From NCBI GenBank assembly GCA_035495075.1, contig DATJGL010000136.1:1-50827 (forward strand): a stretch of 50,827 nucleotides of DNA. The letters are read 5' to 3'. This DNA is from Gemmatimonadales bacterium. GTDB taxonomy: Bacteria; Gemmatimonadota; Gemmatimonadetes; Gemmatimonadales; GWC2-71-9. Under the pieces are notes generated by a model that was not told the origin of the DNA, searched no databases, and worked only from the letters and a program-made list of their open reading frames with translations. Shown here piece after piece: positions 45,623 to 50,827 of this stretch; positions within the stretch are counted from its first letter, which is position 1, and each line of letters begins with the position of its first letter. The position numbers and the translations under genes are program-made.

Positions 45623-46349
45623 GGCTCGGGAACCTGCCTCGGTACCATCCCGTCACGATGCCCCGGAGAGACGCTGGGTCGACCAGGAGCACCAGCGCCA
45701 CATGGACGAGTGTAAACCCGATAAAGAGCCATACCGTTACGAAGTGCCAGTAGCGCGCCAGCTCGTAACCGCCGAAGAGCGCTGTCAGCCACCCGAGCTG
45801 CACCGGCTTGTAAATGGCGAACCCGCTGAGGGCGGACACCGCGCCGAGCACCACGATGAACGTGTAGGCGGCCTTTTGGAGCGAGTTGTGCTTGCCCTGG
45901 GGCGGATGGTCCCGCCGCAGGCGCAGATAGTAGAGCTGCATCTGGATTGCGGGGCGGACGTCACGCGGTCTGAACAGGAGCGCGCGCCACTCCCCCGAGG
46001 CGATCAGAAATCCGACATACACGAGTCCCGTGATCACGAACGGCCAAGCCAGGGCGAAATGCCAGTTGAGTCCGCCGGCGAGCCAGCCGCCGAGCCGCGC
46101 CCATTCAGGGAAGCCGTGAGGGTAGGAATGCGAGTCGAAAGGATTGGGCACCGGATACACCCGGCCCTTCATCCCGAAATGGGGAAACGCGGCGTAGATC
46201 TGGAGCCCGCTCGCGATCATGCCCACCAGCACGACCGCGTTGAGCCAATGGGCGGTCCGCACCAGCCAGTGGTGGCGCTTGACCGGGATTCGCGCTGGGG
46301 CATCGCCGGGGCTATCGAGGGGCGGCAATGGTGCGGCGGACGACGTCAT
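45615..46349 (-). CDS. Membrane b-type cytochrome subunit (cytochrome b561 / Ni-hydrogenase cyt b family)
   Basis: Four TM helices with conserved His (RTAHWLNAVVLVGMIASGLQIY). 8-nt overlap with the downstream Moco gene. Confidence 0.7.
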   Translation of the reverse strand: MTSSAAPLPPLDSPGDAPARIPVKRHHWLVRTAHWLNAVVLVGMIASGLQIYAAFPHFGMKGRVYPVPNPFDSHSYPHGFPEWARLGGWLAGGLNWHFALAWPFVITGLVYVGFLIASGEWRALLFRPRDVRPAIQMQLYYLRLRRDHPPQGKHNSLQKAAYTFIVVLGAVSALSGFAIYKPVQLGWLTALFGGYELARYWHFVTVWLFIGFTLVHVALVLLVDPASLRGIVTGWYRGRFPSHD

Positions 46350-46429
46350 GCCGGATCTCCGAACCTTTCCTGGGCCGCACCCCTAACGCCACCGGCGGGC
46401 GAGCGGTTCCTTCGGACCTGCCGGGGGCT

Positions 46430-47188
46430 TTATACCGGCGTCTTGGGGGTGGCGAAGTCGCTCTCGATGCGGCCGTCTTTCAGGTGGATCTGGCGAAGGG
46501 CATACTCGGCGATGTCGGCCTCGTGGGTAACGACGATGATGGTCTGTCCCTCCCGATGCAGCGCGCGGAACAGCTCCATGATGTCGTAGCTCGTCGCCGA
46601 GTCCAGGTTGCCGGTGGGCTCGTCGGCCAGGAGAATGCTGGGCCTGTTGACCAGCGCGCGGGCGATAGCCACCCGCTGGCGCTGGCCGCCGGACAGCTCG
46701 TTCGGCTTGTGCTGCATCCGGTCGGCGAGACTCACTCGGGATAGCGCCTCCGTCGCCAGTGCTCGGCGCTCCTTGCTCGCGATTCCGGCGTACACGAGGG
46801 GCAGCTCGACGTTGTGCAGGGCCGTAGCGCGCGCCAGCAGATTGAATGTCTGGAACACGAACCCGATTTCCCGATTCCGGATCCTGGCCAGATCGTCATC
46901 CGCCAACTCGGAGACCCGGTAGCCATTGAGCCAGTACTCGCCGCCGGAGGGGCTGTCCAGGCATCCAATGAGGTTCATCAGCGTCGACTTGCCGGACCCG
47001 GACGGGCCCATGATGGCCACGAACTCATTCTTCCGGATCGTGATGTCTACGCTCTGAAGGGCATGCACCACCTCGCCGCCCATGTCGTAGTCACGCTGGA
47101 GATTCCGGGTGACGATGATGGCGTCGGCGGGAACGTCGGACGGCAGCTGTGCCATCCGCTCAGCGGTGCTTTCCATGCTGGCTGTCAT
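46430..47188 (-). CDS. ABC transporter ATP-binding protein (MacB/LolD-type), no adjacent permease
   Basis: Walker [10 protein letters not shown], signature LSGGQRQR, Walker [16 protein letters not shown] Shine-Dalgarno. Confidence 0.85.
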   Translation of the reverse strand: MTASMESTAERMAQLPSDVPADAIIVTRNLQRDYDMGGEVVHALQSVDITIRKNEFVAIMGPSGSGKSTLMNLIGCLDSPSGGEYWLNGYRVSELADDDLARIRNREIGFVFQTFNLLARATALHNVELPLVYAGIASKERRALATEALSRVSLADRMQHKPNELSGGQRQRVAIARALVNRPSILLADEPTGNLDSATSYDIMELFRALHREGQTIIVVTHEADIAEYALRQIHLKDGRIESDFATPKTPV

Positions 47189-47243
47189 GGGTTGGAACTT
47201 AGTCTCCTCCAGCGCCCGGACACATCAGCCGGAATCGCTCGTC

Positions 47244-48647
47244 CTATTGTCCGCGTTCCCGCCGAGCGAATGCCTCCAGTCCGGCCGATCCGGCGAGCCA
47301 GACGCACACGGCCCCAAACACATAGGCCATCGCACCGGGGAGGATCAGAAACAACACCCCAAGGATGATAAAGAACACACTCACCGGGCCATAGATCGAA
47401 CGCCGGGCGCCGCTGATCAGTGTTCGCGCCGCCACCGCTGCGCGCACCCGGAGCTCACGGTGGGCCCTCCGGCGCCGATGGTGGGTGGGCACAGGTTCAA
47501 CCCGTGCGAGTCCCGTCGGAAGGACAGGTTGCAGACTCTTGGGAGCCCGGTACGCCCGCCGGCGTACCTCCATGCTTTCGCCAAGGTCCCGGCGGAACTG
47601 GGCTTCCATCTCGTGGGCGAACGATTCGTCCTCAATAAGTACATCAATCTCATAGTTGCCGAGCAGACTCGAGGCATTGAGGTTGCTGGTACCGATCCGC
47701 GCCCAGCGGCCGTCGGCGACTATCGTCTTGGCATGCAGCATCGGTCCATCCCACTCGTAGATGCGGATTCCCGCCTGGAGCAGCTTCCGGTACCCTACTC
47801 GGGTAAAGTTGCGCACGACCGGAAGGTCGCTGGTGCCGGGAACCAGGAGGCGGATGTCGGCTCCGTCACGTGCGGCGTCGACCAGTCCCTGGAACAACCG
47901 GGGCGGGGGGACCAGGTATGCGTCCGTAATCCACAACCTCTCTACGCTCCCGGCGGTGAGGTACTCGAGTGATCGGTACGCCCGCTCACGGCCCGGCTCG
48001 CCTGCGATAACCCGAACTTCCGCATCCCCAGCTGGGGATGGGTCGGGTGGACGCTGGTCCTCCGCGATCGGAGGACCGGCCAGGTTCCAGGTGACGAGGA
48101 AGGCCACATCCAAGGCGTACGCGGCCGGACCGTGAATCTCGACGGCGGTGTCGCGCCAGGGGGGAAGACCGCGCTCGGGGTCGCCCGACCATTCATCGCC
48201 AATGCACTGGCCCCCGACAACCGCGGCCGCCCCATCGCAGACCAGCACCTTCCGGTGGTCGCGCGTGAGGTTCGCGAAGACCTGAAGCAGGTGTGGCGGA
48301 TTGAAACAGCGCACCTCGACCCCCGCTGAGCGAAGGAAGCGCCAGTAGCGACGAGCAGTCGCGATCGACCCCAGCCAATCGTAGAGGACTCGCACCTGTA
48401 CTCCAGCGCGAGCCCGCGCGGCCAGGGCTTCGGCAAACCTCCAGCCGGTCTTGTCAGCGCGGATGATGTAGTTCTCGAGATGAATGCACTGGCGGGCTGC
48501 AACGATCTGGTCCAGCATGACCCCGTACGTGTCGGGTCCATCGATCAGCAGGCGGACTCCGTTACCGGGGATGGGACGGCCACCGGCTGCGCGGTTGAGC
48601 GCGGCTTCGATCGACCGCGCCGCCCGCGAGGGCCGGGGAGATGTCAC
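47244..48647 (-). CDS. PLD-superfamily phospholipid synthase/hydrolase (ClsB-like) with C-terminal TM helices
   Basis: Two HKD motifs, DHRKVLVCDG and LHAKTIVADG...GTSNLN. Hydrophobic C-terminal tail VSVFFIILGVLFLILPGAMAYVFGAVCVWLAG. Confidence 0.8.
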   Translation of the reverse strand: MTSPRPSRAARSIEAALNRAAGGRPIPGNGVRLLIDGPDTYGVMLDQIVAARQCIHLENYIIRADKTGWRFAEALAARARAGVQVRVLYDWLGSIATARRYWRFLRSAGVEVRCFNPPHLLQVFANLTRDHRKVLVCDGAAAVVGGQCIGDEWSGDPERGLPPWRDTAVEIHGPAAYALDVAFLVTWNLAGPPIAEDQRPPDPSPAGDAEVRVIAGEPGRERAYRSLEYLTAGSVERLWITDAYLVPPPRLFQGLVDAARDGADIRLLVPGTSDLPVVRNFTRVGYRKLLQAGIRIYEWDGPMLHAKTIVADGRWARIGTSNLNASSLLGNYEIDVLIEDESFAHEMEAQFRRDLGESMEVRRRAYRAPKSLQPVLPTGLARVEPVPTHHRRRRAHRELRVRAAVAARTLISGARRSIYGPVSVFFIILGVLFLILPGAMAYVFGAVCVWLAGSAGLEAFARRERGQ

Positions 48648-49234
48648 GCTTGGCCGAGGCCGAGGAGGTGTTGGTGCGGCCGGAGGGCCGTGAGCAGGAA
48701 GCTGATGTGCGTCTCGAGCGGCACGCCGATTTCGTCAGCGCCACGCTGGATGTCGTCGCGGCTTACGCCTCGGGCGAACGCCTTGTCCTTGAGCTTCTTC
48801 TTGACGCTGGAAACCTCCAGGTCCGACAGGCTTCGCGACGGGCGCACCAGGGCGCAGGCCACCAGAAAGCCGGAAAGCTCGTCCACCGCAAACAGCGCCT
48901 TTGCCATCGGCGTGCCTCGCGGCACGCCGGTATAGCTCGCGTGGCCCAGTATGGCCTGTTGCATCGGCTCGGGAAAGCCCGCCGCCGCCAGCATTCTTAC
49001 GCCCTCGCTCGGATGCTCGGCCGTCGCCCAGTGGGCGTCGTTGGGGAACCGCTCATAGTCGAAGTCGTGGAGCAGGCCTACCATGCCCCACGCTTCCGGG
49101 TCCTCGCCGGCCTGCCCGGCCATCGCCCGCATGGCGATCTCGACCGCGTACATGTGCCGCCGGAGCGCCTCTGATGCGGTGTACTCGTGCATCAAAGCGA
49201 GAGCCCGCTCGCGGGTCCAGCCGTTGAGATTCAT
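48644..49234 (-). CDS. HD-domain metal-dependent phosphohydrolase
   Basis: H...HD motif (RRHMYAVE...GLLHDFDYE). 4-nt overlap with the PLD gene. Confidence 0.75.
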   Translation of the reverse strand: MNLNGWTRERALALMHEYTASEALRRHMYAVEIAMRAMAGQAGEDPEAWGMVGLLHDFDYERFPNDAHWATAEHPSEGVRMLAAAGFPEPMQQAILGHASYTGVPRGTPMAKALFAVDELSGFLVACALVRPSRSLSDLEVSSVKKKLKDKAFARGVSRDDIQRGADEIGVPLETHISFLLTALRPHQHLLGLGQA

Positions 49235-49282
49235 CGCGCTCGCAAACTCACGAGGGCCGACACCGCCCGCAAATGCTCCCCG

Positions 49283-50566
49283 CTACGGTGCCAGCTTGGG
49301 GATCGTCGAACCGTACGTCGTGTTGACGGCATCGATGATCAAATTGGTGAAAACCTGATGGGCCGCAGCACTTGGGTGCACGCCGTCGAGCGAGAAATAG
49401 GTACCGAAGGTGACGTTCGGCGTCGCATTCGTGGTGCCTCCGCACGGGCCGCCGGGGAGGCAGGGGAAGGTAGTGACCTTGGGCGGCTGCCCGGGGACCG
49501 GTGGCTCGGCCTTGGCCGCCAGGAACGTGGGCGTCATGTCGACGTAGGCCCATCCCTGCGCCTGGGCCTGGCTCGAGATAAAGGCGTTGTATCCCGCCAC
49601 CGCAAGACGCATTGCCTTGAACTCCGCCGGGAGCACCACTTCGTTGTCCACCGAGCAATCGAGGGTCGTCGGAACGCCGGCCTGCGCGGCTGCGAGCTTG
49701 GGGACTCCGACTGTCCACGGCACGAGAACCGAGTCGCCATTCGACGTCGGGACTGCGGCTTTGGGAGCGCAGTTGAGGCTGACCGAGAACTGCGCCGGGA
49801 AGCCGCCCGCGGGCACACCGGGGCAAAGGCCGGTCTTGAGGCACCAGTACACGGCGCCAGACGTCGCGAAGGGGTTCGCTGCGACGTCACCCACGCCGAT
49901 CAGTATGGCCTTTGCGCCTATTCGCGCGATGCTGTCGACGATCGGTTTGTAATTGGCCTCGAATGCCGGCACGGGCGTGATGAGCGACGGGTCTCCTGGA
50001 TTGGTTCCGTTCGTGAGGGCGGCGAGCACGTCATTGTTGCCGATCCAGACGGAGACGAAGGTCGGCTGCGCGGCCATCATCGCCTGGATCTGGGTACGGC
50101 CGCCCAGAATGAACTGAGTCAGTGCATTGGTGCCACCAAACGGACTGGTGTTGCTCCCCACACCGAACGATGTCACGCCGGGGACCGCGACGTTGCTGAG
50201 GTAAGGCAAAGGTGCGCCCTCCCGCAGCGAGCAGTCGGTGGAGCTGCCACCGCCCAGGCGGCTAGGCGGGTTCGTGGTATTGATCGTGAACGGCGGCGGG
50301 CACCCGGGCTTGTTCAGAAGAGGCACGAAGAACGGAGCTCCCGCCTGGTGGGCAAAGAGCACCGCATACGACTGGAGTTGAGTGCTGTCGTTGATCCCGG
50401 CCGACTGAAAGCCGGCGGTGATGCTGTTGCCCATCGAGACGTAGCGCTCCAGCAGCCCGCCGTTGTTCGCCAGGTCCGGCGGGTTGAGCGACTCGTCAGA
50501 GCGACAGCCGGTGAGGAGCGGGAGTGCGAGGCCAAGAACAGCAGCCGCGAGATGACGACGCTTCAT
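49283..50566 (-). CDS. SGNH/GDSL-like hydrolase lipoprotein
   Basis: Lipobox LLTGC|RS. Block I YVSMGNSITAGF. C-terminal DGVHPS block V. Confidence 0.7.
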   Translation of the reverse strand: MKRRHLAAAVLGLALPLLTGCRSDESLNPPDLANNGGLLERYVSMGNSITAGFQSAGINDSTQLQSYAVLFAHQAGAPFFVPLLNKPGCPPPFTINTTNPPSRLGGGSSTDCSLREGAPLPYLSNVAVPGVTSFGVGSNTSPFGGTNALTQFILGGRTQIQAMMAAQPTFVSVWIGNNDVLAALTNGTNPGDPSLITPVPAFEANYKPIVDSIARIGAKAILIGVGDVAANPFATSGAVYWCLKTGLCPGVPAGGFPAQFSVSLNCAPKAAVPTSNGDSVLVPWTVGVPKLAAAQAGVPTTLDCSVDNEVVLPAEFKAMRLAVAGYNAFISSQAQAQGWAYVDMTPTFLAAKAEPPVPGQPPKVTTFPCLPGGPCGGTTNATPNVTFGTYFSLDGVHPSAAAHQVFTNLIIDAVNTTYGSTIPKLAP

Positions 50567-50584
50567 ACGCTCGGCTCTCCCGGG

Positions 50585-50827
50585 TCAGAACTCGTACGAG
50601 AAGGTCGCACCGAACAGGTGCGCGTGGAACTGATACAGGCCGTTGTTCTGGTCGACCAGGGCGGGGCAGGGAGTGCCGCCAGGGCAGACCGAAAGGTCGA
50701 GCGGCACCGTTCGGCCTCGTCGGTCACCCTGATCGATGTACTGGTAGGCTGCGTCGATACGGAAGCTGGTCCCGAGTCGGGTGCCGAGTCCTACCGTAAA
50801 GGACGAACGATCGCCCTCCGGCAGGTT
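50585..50827 (-). CDS. Outer-membrane transport protein, FadL/OMPP1-like C-terminal fragment (start outside window)
   Basis: Minus-strand translation ends ...LYQFHAHLFGATFSYEF*. Alternating beta-strand pattern and a terminal aromatic residue. Stops 18 nt upstream of the SGNH gene. Confidence 0.45.
   Translation of the reverse strand, partial: NLPEGDRSSFTVGLGTRLGTSFRIDAAYQYIDQGDRRGRTVPLDLSVCPGGTPCPALVDQNNGLYQFHAHLFGATFSYEF

Noticed and set aside
1-50827. Mobile elements, prophage, defence islands, toxin-antitoxin pairs
   Set aside because: I looked for transposase, integrase or recombinase motifs, terminal inverted repeats, tRNA-flanked islands and typical defence ATPase/nuclease pairs, and found none. 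The PLD and HD proteins look like lipid or phosphoester enzymes rather than nucleases.

Overview
This is a very GC-rich bacterial chromosomal segment. The gene repertoire (many small lipoproteins, an ECF sigma module, a GldA/DUF4340 remnant, an S10 peptidase) suggests a Gemmatimonadota-like soil lineage, but that is inference only. I can support about 55 tightly packed CDS, many with 4-nt start/stop overlaps. They are mostly housekeeping or envelope genes: serC tail, an ergothioneine cluster egtB-egtD-egtA behind a flavoprotein disulfide reductase, sseA, glgC, panE, cls, leuS, fabH, yggX, ctaA, an MCP, a Ser/Thr kinase, an ECF sigma/anti-sigma/PDZ module, MsrP-like Moco oxidoreductase plus cytochrome b, and a PLD/HD/SGNH/FadL-like lipid locus. 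By eye I found no rRNA, tRNA, CRISPR array, transposase, integrase or recognisable defence system. The most interesting signal is missing from the ORF track because it is under 60 aa. It is a 29-codon leader peptide with six consecutive aromatic codons (Y-W-Y-F-Y-F), followed by a strong intrinsic terminator, directly upstream of an unusual fused prephenate dehydratase-ACT-DAHP synthase gene. This looks like a classical ribosome-mediated attenuator. Other items worth a second look: the disulfide reductase coupled to egtBDA, a 949-bp stretch with no convincing gene upstream of the kinase, an ABC-ATPase::DUF4340 fusion remnant, and a perfect 9-6-9 palindrome over the padR promoter. The long ORFs antisense to real genes are GC-content artefacts.
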